Assembly (NCBI GenBank): GCA_031267055.1
Contig: JAIRZV010000126.1
Span: forward strand, 1-39,029
Direction of reading: 5' to 3'
From: Candidatus Margulisiibacteriota bacterium
GTDB lineage: Bacteria; Margulisbacteria; Termititenacia; Termititenacales; Termititenacaceae
Length of the DNA: 39,029 nucleotides
The first letter of the stretch is position 1. The number at the start of each line of letters is the position of its first letter. This document shows positions 1-8,063 of this stretch, piece after piece. The notes under the pieces were generated by a model. That model was not told the origin of the DNA. It worked only from the letters and a program-made list of their open reading frames with translations, and did no database searches. The position numbers and the translations under genes are program-made.

Positions 1-1
1 A

Positions 2-97
2 TTAACAACTCTGGGCTGGAAATACAAAATCGATCTGGAAAACGGCTTGCGGCAAACTTATCAGGATTTTTTGAGCAACAAAAATCTCCGCAAATAG
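2..97 (+). CDS. 3' end (31 codons) of an extended-SDR sugar-nucleotide epimerase/reductase, partial
   Basis: Frame 2 is open from the window edge and reads LTTLGWKYKIDLENGLRQTYQDFLSNKNLRK, then TAG at 95-97. The LGW-(5)-LE.GL..TY..F ending is the usual C-terminus of NAD-dependent sugar epimerases / GDP-fucose-synthase-type enzymes. The fragment is too short for a firm family call. Confidence 0.4.
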   Translation, partial: LTTLGWKYKIDLENGLRQTYQDFLSNKNLRK

Positions 98-111
98 TGT
101 AAAATAAACGC

Positions 112-342
112 ATGGAACCTATTGTCAAAACCGTGCCGTTGCCGCCGCGCAAAGGTTTGACCAAAGTACAGCAAAATCTCACCGCCATCGGCAGTGTGCC
201 GACCAATGACAATTGCCCTTGTGTAAATACTTGCAAAGAACTCGGCGTTTACAGACAGGGTGCGTGTTTTTTGGGCACCAATGAAACACAAAAATGTCTG
301 GCCGCGACTAATTTGCTTTTAAGCAAAGCGCTCAAAAAATAA
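112..342 (+). CDS. hypothetical small Cys-rich protein (76 aa), doubtful
   Basis: This is the only sizeable ORF in the 248-nt gap upstream of metX. It has five Cys (NDNCPCVNTCKELGVYRQGAC). It has no recognisable family, and an equally long antisense ORF (61..291) exists. The region could instead be a noncoding leader. Confidence 0.2.
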   Translation: MEPIVKTVPLPPRKGLTKVQQNLTAIGSVPTNDNCPCVNTCKELGVYRQGACFLGTNETQKCLAATNLLLSKALKK

Positions 343-345
343 TTT

Positions 346-1464
346 ATGGATGATGTTAAACGCCTGAATATTCGGCAGGGTCAATTCACTTTTGCGCAGA
401 AAAAAAACTTCCGTTTAGAAAGCGGCCAAAAACTCGGGCCAATCACGCTGGTTTACGAAACCTACGGCCGCTTAAACGCCGCGCGGGACAACGCGATCTT
501 GATCTGCCATACGCTCACCGGCAACGCGCATGTGGCTGGCAAATTGGCCGGCGAAAAAAAATCAACCGGCTGGTGGGATCCGGTGGTCGGTCCGGGCAAG
601 CCTTTTGACACGAGCAAACATTTCATCATCTGCTCCAATATTCTCGGTGGCTGCTCCGGTTCGACCGGTCCCAGTTCGCTCGATCCGCGGACGCAAAAAC
701 CGTACGGTCTGGATTTTCCGCTCATCACAGTCCGTGACATGGTCGACGCGCAGTATCAGCTCGTCACCAAACATTTCGGCCTGCCGAAACTCCAAGCCGT
801 GGCCGGCGGCTCGATCGGCGGTATGCAGACTCTGGAATGGGGCGTACGCTATCCGCGGTTTATGGATCATTTGATCGTGATTTCCACGACGCATAAACTT
901 TCGTCGCAGGCTATCGCTTTCAACAAAATCGGTCGCCACGCGATTACGATAGATCCGAGCTGGAAAAACGGCGCTTATTACGGCGCGCCGGAAAAGATCA
1001 AGGGACTCGGTCTGGCGCGCATGGTCGCGCATATCACTTATTTGTCCGAAGAAGGTATGCAAAATAAATTTGGCCGCGAGCGCGTCAACCGCAAAAATTT
1101 ATTCAGCTTTCAAGAAAAATTTCAGGTGGAAAATTATCTCGATCATCAGGGCGAAAAATTCATGCAAAGATTTGACGCCAACTCGTATATTTATTTGAGC
1201 AAAGCGATGGATCTTTTTGATCTGACGCGTGGTTTCCGCAGCCTCGACGCGGCGGTTCGGCGCATTCAGGCCAAGACGCTTTTTCTTTATTTTTCTTCGG
1301 ACTGGCTTTTTCCCGAATATCAGTCTGCGGAATTAATCGAATCTTTTCAGAAAAACAAAAAATATATTCTCTCTTACAAAATAGAATCCAAAGCCGGTCA
1401 TGACGCTTTTTTGCTGGAGTACGACAAGCTCAATCCGATCATGCAGTCTTTCCTCGATGTCTAA
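346..1464 (+). CDS. metX: homoserine O-acetyltransferase
   Basis: 372-aa alpha/beta hydrolase. It carries ILICHTLTGNAH near the N-terminus, the nucleophile elbow GGSIGGMQ and C-terminal AGHDAFLLE, which is the MetX pattern. Confidence 0.9.
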   Translation: MDDVKRLNIRQGQFTFAQKKNFRLESGQKLGPITLVYETYGRLNAARDNAILICHTLTGNAHVAGKLAGEKKSTGWWDPVVGPGKPFDTSKHFIICSNILGGCSGSTGPSSLDPRTQKPYGLDFPLITVRDMVDAQYQLVTKHFGLPKLQAVAGGSIGGMQTLEWGVRYPRFMDHLIVISTTHKLSSQAIAFNKIGRHAITIDPSWKNGAYYGAPEKIKGLGLARMVAHITYLSEEGMQNKFGRERVNRKNLFSFQEKFQVENYLDHQGEKFMQRFDANSYIYLSKAMDLFDLTRGFRSLDAAVRRIQAKTLFLYFSSDWLFPEYQSAELIESFQKNKKYILSYKIESKAGHDAFLLEYDKLNPIMQSFLDV

Positions 1465-1717
1465 ATTCGCGACCGCAGAAGAAGAATTAGTGGGAGAAAT
1501 CAGCGCGAAATTGCGGCTCACTTATTCCCAGCGGCGGATCAGCCAGACTTACATTTACGAGATCACACGGCGGGAAAACCTTTCCGCGGCAGAAATTCTG
1601 GCGAGAACAACCCAAGCCAATCGCAAAGTTTTCCTGCAGAGTTTGTTTGAACAGCGTTTTCCCGAAGCCAGTCTTTTAATAAAAAATGGAGAATGGCAGC
1701 CGTGCGGCCAGAAATAA
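1457..1717 (+). CDS. hypothetical small protein (86 aa from internal ATG of track ORF 1400..1717)
   Basis: The ATG at 1457 overlaps the metX stop (ATGTCTAA), and the 3' end overlaps the next gene by 25 nt, which suggests translational coupling. The sequence MSKFATAEEELVGEISAKLRLTYSQRRISQTYIYEITRRENLSAAEILART has a helix-turn-helix-like look but no motif I can name. Confidence 0.3.
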   Translation: MSKFATAEEELVGEISAKLRLTYSQRRISQTYIYEITRRENLSAAEILARTTQANRKVFLQSLFEQRFPEASLLIKNGEWQPCGQK

Positions 1718-2769
1718 TTTATATAGAAAAAGAAATCGCCGGGCTGCCGTACACGCAAGCTGTTTTGCAAAAATTCTCCGGCGCGCACGTGGAAATTATC
1801 GAGGATATTCGCGCGCTGATCCGGCAAAATAAAAAAACTACTTTTAGCAAACAAAATCAGCCGCTGGTTTTGGCCAAACAGCGCGGACGTTTTTTGGAAA
1901 AATGCCCCGGGACGAAAGAACATATTTGCTGTAATTATTACACGCTCAATATCGCCGTCGGCTGTCCTTACGACTGCACTTATTGTTTTCTGCAAAGTTA
2001 CAGTAACAATCCTTATTACACAATTTACGTAAATCTTGACGAGATGTTGGCGGAAATACGCGGCCAAGTCCGCGGCAAAATCCGTCTCGGCACCGGCGAA
2101 TTCACCGACAGTCTGGCGCTGGAGACGTATACACAATTTGTATATACATACTCGCCGCAAATTTGCGCGCTCTCGCCGGATATTACATTAGAATTAAAAA
2201 CTAAATCGAACTGGACGCTGAGCGGAGCCGAAGCGTCCGGCTTGGCGCAATTTCGCAAACAACTTGTCTTCGCCTGGTCGGTCAATCCGCAAAATCTCAT
2301 CGACAGCGATGAACGTGGCGCCACACCGCTGCGGGAAAGAATACGCGCCGCCCGGACCGCCGCGGAATGCGGCTACTGCGTGGCCTTGCATTTTGACCCG
2401 ATCATTTACAGTGCGGACTGGGCAGAACAATATCAAACTGTATTGGACCTGATCCGGCAAAATATACCGCCGGAAAAAATCGCCTGGCTGTCTCTGGGCA
2501 CTCTGCGTTTCACACCGACACTAAAGCCGATCATCGAACAAAAATTTCCGGCGTCCACTATTGTGTATGGAGAATTATTTCCCGGGCGTGACAAAAAAAT
2601 GCGCTATCCCGAGCCGCTGCGCGTAAAAATCTATCAGCACATGCTCCGGCAAATCGCGGCTATCTCGCCGTGCCTGCCGGTCTATCTCTGCATGGAATCG
2701 CCGGAAGTCTGGAAAAAGGTATATAATCAACTGCCCGCGCAGGTGGAAAATCTAAATGAATTATTCTGA
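1693..2769 (+). CDS. radical SAM protein, spore-photoproduct-lyase (SplB)-like family
   Basis: 358 aa. CPGTKEHICCNYYTLNIAVGCPYDCTYCFLQSY contains the CxxxCxxC radical-SAM cluster in the sequence context typical of SP-lyase-family DNA repair enzymes. It is not BioB, because the BioB-type cluster context is absent. Confidence 0.75.
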   Translation: MAAVRPEIIYIEKEIAGLPYTQAVLQKFSGAHVEIIEDIRALIRQNKKTTFSKQNQPLVLAKQRGRFLEKCPGTKEHICCNYYTLNIAVGCPYDCTYCFLQSYSNNPYYTIYVNLDEMLAEIRGQVRGKIRLGTGEFTDSLALETYTQFVYTYSPQICALSPDITLELKTKSNWTLSGAEASGLAQFRKQLVFAWSVNPQNLIDSDERGATPLRERIRAARTAAECGYCVALHFDPIIYSADWAEQYQTVLDLIRQNIPPEKIAWLSLGTLRFTPTLKPIIEQKFPASTIVYGELFPGRDKKMRYPEPLRVKIYQHMLRQIAAISPCLPVYLCMESPEVWKKVYNQLPAQVENLNELF

Positions 2770-4198
2770 AAAAGACCAAAAATATATCTGGCATCCTTTT
2801 ACCCAAATGCAGGAATGGGAAAACGACGATATCGTCGTCATTGATCGCGCGCGCGGCAATTACTTGTACGACGTAAATGGCAAAAAATATTTTGATGGCG
2901 TGTCGTCACTCTGGGTTACGCTGCACGGACACTGCCACCCGCATATTAACCGCGCGCTGCGGCGGCAATTAAAAAAACTCGACCACTCCACCCTGCTCGG
3001 CTTGAGCAATACACCGGCTATTGAGCTGGCGGAAAAATTAATCGAGCTGGCACCCAAGGGTCTGACCAGAGTTTTTTACAGCGACGCCGGCTCGACAGCG
3101 ATGGAAATCGCGCTGAAAATCGCCTACCAATACTGGCAGCAGGACAAAAATAAAAAATACAAAACCAAACAAAAATTTTTGACTTTAAGCGAAGCCTATC
3201 ATGGCGACACGATCGGCAGTGTCAGTCTGGGCGGCGTGGCCATGTATCACGCGATCTACAAACCGTTGCTTTTTAAAACAGTTCAAATCCCCACGCCTTA
3301 CCGGCATTATGGCCATGAACCGGATTTGAAGACCGCCGCGGATGCGCTGGAAAAAGCTTTGCGAAAACATCACCAAGAATTGGCGGCGTTTGTTCTGGAG
3401 CCGCTGGTACAGGGCGCGGCCGGGATTTACACCGCGCCAGCCGGCTATCTCGCCGCGGCGCGCCGGCTCTGCACAAAATACAATGTGCTGCTGATCTGCG
3501 ATGAAGTGGCCGTGGGTTTCGGCCGCACCGGCGCTATGTTTGCCTGCGAGCAGGAAAAAGCCACGCCGGATATTTTGGCTATAGCCAAAGGTTTGACTGG
3601 CGGCTATTTGCCACTGGCCGCCACGTTAACCATGGAAAAAATTTACAATAACTTCAAAGGAAAATTTGAGAGTCTGCGAACTTTTTATCACGGACATACT
3701 TACACCGGCAATCCACTGGCCTGCCGCGCCGCACTGGCTTCGCTGGAATTATTCCACAAAGAAAGAACTCTGGAAAAAGTAAATAAGAATATTGCGCTGC
3801 TGAAAGAAGAACTGAAAAAATTCACGACCATACCGCAAGTCAAGCAGACACGGCAATGCGGAATGATCGCCGCGTTGGAATTGCCGGATTACGCGTACAA
3901 AGACAAAATAGGTTACAAAATCTGCGCCGCGGCCAGAAAATACGGATTGTTGATCCGGCCTCTGGGCAACAACATTGTCATCATGCCGCCGCTTTCCACC
4001 ACACCCCGAGAATTGAAATGGCTGCTCGCCACAATTTATAAGTCAATTCAAGAAACTGTAACCCCTCAGACGCGCTACGCGCGCCAGCTCAGTCAGCCGC
4101 CAATGCGGCCGACACGGCTTCGCGCACAGAGAAATCTGCGCTCGCCAGCCTTTCAAAGGGGAGCCAAGCTTCGGACTATCAATAAACAATATTTATGA
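2756..4198 (+). CDS. bioA: adenosylmethionine-8-amino-7-oxononanoate aminotransferase
   Basis: Class-III aminotransferase motifs are present: YIWHPFTQM, SSLWVTLHGHCHP, ICDEVAVGFGRTG and the PLP-lysine context ILAIAKGLTGGYLPL. The last ~45 aa (PQTRYARQLSQPPMRPTRLRAQRNLRSPAFQRGAKLRT...) are an atypical Arg/Pro-rich extension. The stop overlaps the bioD start (ATGA). Confidence 0.9.
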   Translation: MNYSEKDQKYIWHPFTQMQEWENDDIVVIDRARGNYLYDVNGKKYFDGVSSLWVTLHGHCHPHINRALRRQLKKLDHSTLLGLSNTPAIELAEKLIELAPKGLTRVFYSDAGSTAMEIALKIAYQYWQQDKNKKYKTKQKFLTLSEAYHGDTIGSVSLGGVAMYHAIYKPLLFKTVQIPTPYRHYGHEPDLKTAADALEKALRKHHQELAAFVLEPLVQGAAGIYTAPAGYLAAARRLCTKYNVLLICDEVAVGFGRTGAMFACEQEKATPDILAIAKGLTGGYLPLAATLTMEKIYNNFKGKFESLRTFYHGHTYTGNPLACRAALASLELFHKERTLEKVNKNIALLKEELKKFTTIPQVKQTRQCGMIAALELPDYAYKDKIGYKICAAARKYGLLIRPLGNNIVIMPPLSTTPRELKWLLATIYKSIQETVTPQTRYARQLSQPPMRPTRLRAQRNLRSPAFQRGAKLRTINKQYL

Positions 4199-4899
4199 AC
4201 AAACGCTATTTTATTACTGGTACGGACACCGGCGTCGGCAAAACCATCGCCACCGCGGCCTTGGCCAGAATTTTTCCCCACTGCGGAGTTTGCAAACCAA
4301 TACAGACCGGCTATCCGCAGGATCAAGACCTGCTTTTCGTGCAAAAACAGGCCAAATTAAAAACCGCGCAAATCTATAATCCTCTGCACTTCACCAAACC
4401 GCTGGCTCCGCAGCAGGCCGCACTGGAGGATAAACAACCGCCGATCGACACCAAAAAATTGGTCAAAAATGTTCTGGATTTTTGCGCGCAATTCGAGATC
4501 AGTTTTATTGAAGGCGCCGGCGGCTTGTATGTGCCGATAGGCGAAAAATATTTCATGCTCGATTTGTTAAAAGACCTAAAAGCCGCAACGATTTTAGTTT
4601 GCCGCGCCGGTTTGGGGACAATCAATCACACTTTGCTTTCTATTGAAGCTCTGCGCCGCAAACGCGTCAAAATCAAAGGGCTGATCTTTAATCAAACCAC
4701 GCCGCCGGATATTTCCGCGCGGGAAAATCCGCAAATCATTCAAAAGATAAGCGGCCTGCCGATTTTGGGAATTTTTCCGTATCAGAAAAAATTAAATGTA
4801 ATCAAACTATCAAATCTCGTTCGCGACATTCCGAAGTTTTGTAAAAACGAATCTTCGGAAATTGCTCCTGCAGAAATTTCACTTCCCAAGCGCCTTTGA
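4195..4899 (+). CDS. bioD: dethiobiotin synthetase
   Basis: 234 aa, with P-loop FITGTDTGVGKT and IEGAGGLYVP, and positioned directly after bioA. The 3' end overlaps the convergent prfC 3' end by 98 nt. Confidence 0.85.
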   Translation: MNKRYFITGTDTGVGKTIATAALARIFPHCGVCKPIQTGYPQDQDLLFVQKQAKLKTAQIYNPLHFTKPLAPQQAALEDKQPPIDTKKLVKNVLDFCAQFEISFIEGAGGLYVPIGEKYFMLDLLKDLKAATILVCRAGLGTINHTLLSIEALRRKRVKIKGLIFNQTTPPDISARENPQIIQKISGLPILGIFPYQKKLNVIKLSNLVRDIPKFCKNESSEIAPAEISLPKRL

Positions 4900-6397
4900 A
4901 TAAAAAAACCGGCTTGTCGTCGGTATCTAGCATGACACGCAGCGGCTTGTCGGTCTGAAATTCGCGGAGATATTTTTCCTCGTCCGCGGTGATCCAGTAA
5001 GCAAAAGCCGCGTCGTAAGCCTGATAGTCGCATTGCGCGCCGTATTCGTTTTCCAGACGGAAACGCACGACATCAAATTGCAATTCACCGACCGCGCCAA
5101 GCACCAGTTTTTGGTCGAGCAGGCCTTTGAACAACTGCACCGCGCCTTCTTCCGACAATTGCCGCAAGCCTTTTTGCAGCTGTTTAGTTTTCAAAGGATT
5201 GCGATTGATAACCAGACGGAAAATTTCCGGCGCAAAACTGGGAATACCGCTAAAATTGAGCGTCTCGCCTTCGCTGAAAGTATCGCCGATCTTGAGCGCG
5301 CCGGTGTCGTGAATGCCGATAATATCGCCGGCATAGGCCGCTTCGGTGACGGCGCGCGTCTGCGCCATAAAGGTCAGCGGATTGGCAACTTTGAATTCTT
5401 TTTTTTCACGCACTTGATAAACTTTCATGCCGCGCGTAAAAACGCCGGAACAAACGCGCAAAAAAGCGATGCGGTCGCGGTGATTGGGGTCCATATTGGC
5501 GTGAATTTTAAAAACAATGCCGGTCATTTTATTTTCGCCGGGGTCGACAAGGCGCTCGGCAGCCGGTCTGGACTGCGGCGGCGGCGCCAGCCGGATAATC
5601 TCCCGCAATAAATCCAGTATGCCGAAATTATTGATCGCGCTACCGAAAAAAACCGGCGTCATCTCTCCGCGCAAGTATTTCTCTAAACTAAAAGGCTCCA
5701 GCGCGCCGTGTATAGTCGCCGCATCATCAGCCAGTTTGGCTCTCTGATAATCTTCGACCGCCGGAATATTTTCCGGTTCGACATTTTGAATTTCCTCAAA
5801 ATTTTGTTTATTGGAAAAACACAAATAACTTTTCTGGCGGAGATTATACACGCCGCGAAAACTACGCCCCATGCCGATCGGCCAACTCAAAGGCACGGCA
5901 GTAATACCCAGATTATTTTCAATGTCGTCGAGTAACGCAAACGGCTCCAGACCCTCGCGGTCAAGTTTGTTGATAAAAGTGATGACTGGAATTCGGCGCA
6001 TCTGGCAAACATCCATGAGTTTTTTGGTACGCTCCTCCACGCCTTTGACCGAATCGATGACCATCAGCACAGAATCCACGGCTGTCAGTGTGCGGTAAGT
6101 GTCCTCGCTGAAATCCGCGTGGCCTGGCGTGTCCAGCAGATTGAGGACCGCGCCATCATACTCAAAAGACATGACCGAAGTCGCCACAGAGACACCGCGC
6201 TGTTTTTCCAGCTCCATCCAGTCCGAGGTGGTGTGTCTGCCGACTTTTTTGGCTTTGATCGCGCCGGCGGTCTGTATTGCTCCGCCGAAAAGCAAAAGTT
6301 TTTCCGTAATCGTCGTTTTGCCGGCGTCCGGATGGCTGATGATCGCAAAAGTACGGCGGCGTTGTATTTCGGCCAGTTTATCAAGCATACGGGGCAA
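4802..6397 (-). CDS. prfC: peptide chain release factor 3 (GTPase)
   Basis: The GTPase motifs are FAIISHPDAGKTT (G1), DTPGHADF (G3) and NKLDR (G4), and the ~530-aa length fits RF3. The track start at 6395-6397 is TTG. An ATG three codons downstream (6386-6388, MLDKLAEIQRRRTF...) is the more likely start. Confidence 0.9.
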   Translation of the reverse strand: MPRMLDKLAEIQRRRTFAIISHPDAGKTTITEKLLLFGGAIQTAGAIKAKKVGRHTTSDWMELEKQRGVSVATSVMSFEYDGAVLNLLDTPGHADFSEDTYRTLTAVDSVLMVIDSVKGVEERTKKLMDVCQMRRIPVITFINKLDREGLEPFALLDDIENNLGITAVPLSWPIGMGRSFRGVYNLRQKSYLCFSNKQNFEEIQNVEPENIPAVEDYQRAKLADDAATIHGALEPFSLEKYLRGEMTPVFFGSAINNFGILDLLREIIRLAPPPQSRPAAERLVDPGENKMTGIVFKIHANMDPNHRDRIAFLRVCSGVFTRGMKVYQVREKKEFKVANPLTFMAQTRAVTEAAYAGDIIGIHDTGALKIGDTFSEGETLNFSGIPSFAPEIFRLVINRNPLKTKQLQKGLRQLSEEGAVQLFKGLLDQKLVLGAVGELQFDVVRFRLENEYGAQCDYQAYDAAFAYWITADEEKYLREFQTDKPLRVMLDTDDKPVFLFKGAWEVKFLQEQFPKIRFYKTSECRERDLIV

Positions 6398-6408
6398 ATA
6401 TTAACATT
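6392..6408. repeat. 17-nt direct repeat, copy 1 (GGGCAAATATTAACATT)
   Basis: Exact 17-mer also present at 7518..7534 (20 of 21 nt identical when extended). Copy 1 overlaps the first codons / 5' leader of prfC. Together the two copies bracket the fic gene. Confidence 0.8.
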
Positions 6409-6512
6409 TTTTACTAGAAATGACCGTGTTCAAACTATTAAAAGGAATTATTTTAGCCAGATACCGACAAAATTTCCGGCCTAAATCTATTCGTTATAAT
6501 ATATTGAAAACA

Positions 6513-6543
6513 TTATAACGTTATGATATAGTTATAACGTTAT
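6513..6543. promoter_or_regulatory. two TTATAACGTTAT palindromic boxes (candidate operator) upstream of and overlapping the fic start codon
   Basis: TTATAACGTTAT occurs at 6513-6524 and 6532-6543, with core TAACGTTA at 6516-6523 and 6535-6542. The second box overlaps the ATG at 6542. The downstream gene encodes an XRE-type HTH. Confidence 0.5.
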
Positions 6544-7477
6544 GGATAATAGCAAGACCAGAAAATATCTGCAAGAAATCCTGCACAGCTCTGGCTGGTC
6601 GCAGGAATTACTAGCTAATAAGCTAGGGGTTTCTTTTAAGACGCTCAATACCTGGGTAAATGGCCACGCCTCGCCACGCGTAAAAGCTCTGGCGGGAATC
6701 GAGCAGTTTTATTATGACATTGTGGGCCGAGGTTCGGTTGAAGTTGACTTCTTAAATAAAGTAAAAAAACAGGCTCTAAAGCAGAGAATCACTCTAAAAG
6801 AAATACTGGCTAACAGAGAGCTCCTGGATAAAATAACTCTGCATTTGACTTATCATACCAACACCATAGAGGGCTCTACTATGACTTTACAAGATGTGGA
6901 AGATGTTATCTTTGACAATAAAATCCTAACCAACCGCACCACTACCGAACAGATCGAGGCGCGTAATCACAAAGCGGCGTTGTATTTTCTGCTGGACACT
7001 CTGCAAGTCCAAGGGCAGAGATTTCAATGGACAGAAGAATTGCTTTTGGCGGCTCACCTGCGTTTGTTGAACGGCATCATTACCAATGCCGGATATTACC
7101 GTAAACACAGCGTGCGCGTCTTGGGATACCGCGCAGTATTGGCTAATTTTCTGAAAATTCCATTTCTGATAAATAAACTGTTTCAAGAATTAAATAATCC
7201 GACTAAGGATATTATAGGAAGCCTGGCTAAAACTCATGCTGCTTTTGAACAAATACATCCTTTTTCGGACGGCAACGGCAGACTGGGCAGGCTGGTCATG
7301 TTCATTCAAGCTCTAAAATATAGTCTAATGCCTCCGCTAATCGTCAAAGAACGCAAAAAAGCTTATTACAGATATTTAGAAATCGCTCAAATGGAAAACA
7401 AGACGAATTTATTAACTTTATTTATTGCAGAGGCAATCTTATTTACAAATGATTTGCTAAATAATAAAACGTTATAA
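6542..7477 (+). CDS. Fic family protein (AMPylase-type) with N-terminal XRE-type HTH domain
   Basis: 311 aa. It has an HTH (WSQELLANKLGVSFKTLNTWVNG), the auto-inhibitory helix motif TNTIEG ([ST]xxxE[GN]) and the Fic active-site motif HPFSDGNGRLGR (HxFx[DE]GNGRxxR). Confidence 0.9.
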   Translation: MDNSKTRKYLQEILHSSGWSQELLANKLGVSFKTLNTWVNGHASPRVKALAGIEQFYYDIVGRGSVEVDFLNKVKKQALKQRITLKEILANRELLDKITLHLTYHTNTIEGSTMTLQDVEDVIFDNKILTNRTTTEQIEARNHKAALYFLLDTLQVQGQRFQWTEELLLAAHLRLLNGIITNAGYYRKHSVRVLGYRAVLANFLKIPFLINKLFQELNNPTKDIIGSLAKTHAAFEQIHPFSDGNGRLGRLVMFIQALKYSLMPPLIVKERKKAYYRYLEIAQMENKTNLLTLFIAEAILFTNDLLNNKTL

Positions 7478-7501
7478 CGTTTTACTTTTGATATAACGTT
7501 A
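7467..7501. promoter_or_regulatory. second cluster of AACGTT-core palindromes at the fic stop codon
   Basis: ACGTTATAACGT (7469-7480, a perfect 12-nt palindrome spanning the TAA stop) and TAACGTTA (7494-7501). These share the core of the upstream boxes. Confidence 0.4.
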
Positions 7502-7517
7502 CGGAACGGGTTAATAT

Positions 7518-7534
7518 GGGCAAATATTAACATT
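7518..7534. repeat. 17-nt direct repeat, copy 2 (GGGCAAATATTAACATT)
   Basis: Identical to 6392..6408. It lies 41 nt downstream of the fic stop. Confidence 0.8.
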
Positions 7535-7583
7535 CTTTGAAGGACATAGCGCGGCGGAATTGCTGATTGGGGTGTGTTAGATT

Positions 7584-8060
7584 TTAGATGTTTTTTTCAC
7601 CGTTTTCCGTCAAAATCTTATTTAATAACTCCACAGAATAGTAACGTTTATTTTTCAATAATTTTCGAAATAAAGGACGCAAACTACTGATCAGCTTTTC
7701 TTTTTTAGCTTTAATCAGGATCGCCAGTGTGCCAACACAAGAAAGACCCATTGTTTCAGCGATCAGACGCGCTTTTTTATCATCCAACAATAAATAATCA
7801 GCTTTAATTTCGCGACATAAAACAATAGCTTCTGCTTCGCCTTTATCCATAAAAGAAATCGCCGCAGCAGTATTCTTAATATTTTTGACCCGTGTTTTAT
7901 AACGTTTTATTTGAGGAATATTCAAACGGTCAGCATACACGCTGATTTCCTGCCAGACCGCAGACGGGAAATAAAGTTCAGGAAATAATTTATCCAGAAC
8001 AGTAAGTTTATTGATAACAGCTAGAGAAATCAGCGGACTGGTGTCAGCAACAACAAGCAC
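7584..8060 (-). CDS. PIN-like nuclease toxin, DUF3368/COG2405 type
   Basis: 158 aa. The N-terminus MLVVADTSPLISLAVINKL has the conserved acidic residue of PIN-like folds, and later acidic positions (DKGEAEAI, LLLDDKKAR) also fit. It starts 3 nt after the stop of a small upstream partner, which is the typical TA layout. Confidence 0.7.
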   Translation of the reverse strand: MLVVADTSPLISLAVINKLTVLDKLFPELYFPSAVWQEISVYADRLNIPQIKRYKTRVKNIKNTAAAISFMDKGEAEAIVLCREIKADYLLLDDKKARLIAETMGLSCVGTLAILIKAKKEKLISSLRPLFRKLLKNKRYYSVELLNKILTENGEKNI

Positions 8061-8063
8061 AAA

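Noticed and set aside
98-345. Possible SAM riboswitch in the 248-nt leader of metX. There is a small hairpin TTGCTT-TTAA-GCAA followed by AAAGCGCT just before the ATG, vaguely SAM-II-like.
   Set aside because: I could not match the S-box core (GAGGGA/GGCCC/GCAACC blocks) or confidently reproduce the SAM-II pseudoknot consensus from memory. It needs an Rfam/Infernal scan, so it is not reported as a feature.
4060-4198. The Arg/Pro-rich BioA tail as a separate small gene or a fused domain.
   Set aside because: It has no independent start or SD and no recognisable fold. It is more simply explained as run-on translation to the ATGA junction with bioD.
6386-6397. TTG start at 6395-6397 for prfC as given by the ORF track.
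   Set aside because: An in-frame ATG three codons downstream (6386-6388) gives an N-terminus that aligns better with the RF3 G1 motif distance. Neither start has a clear SD, so the extent is kept but the ATG is flagged as preferred.
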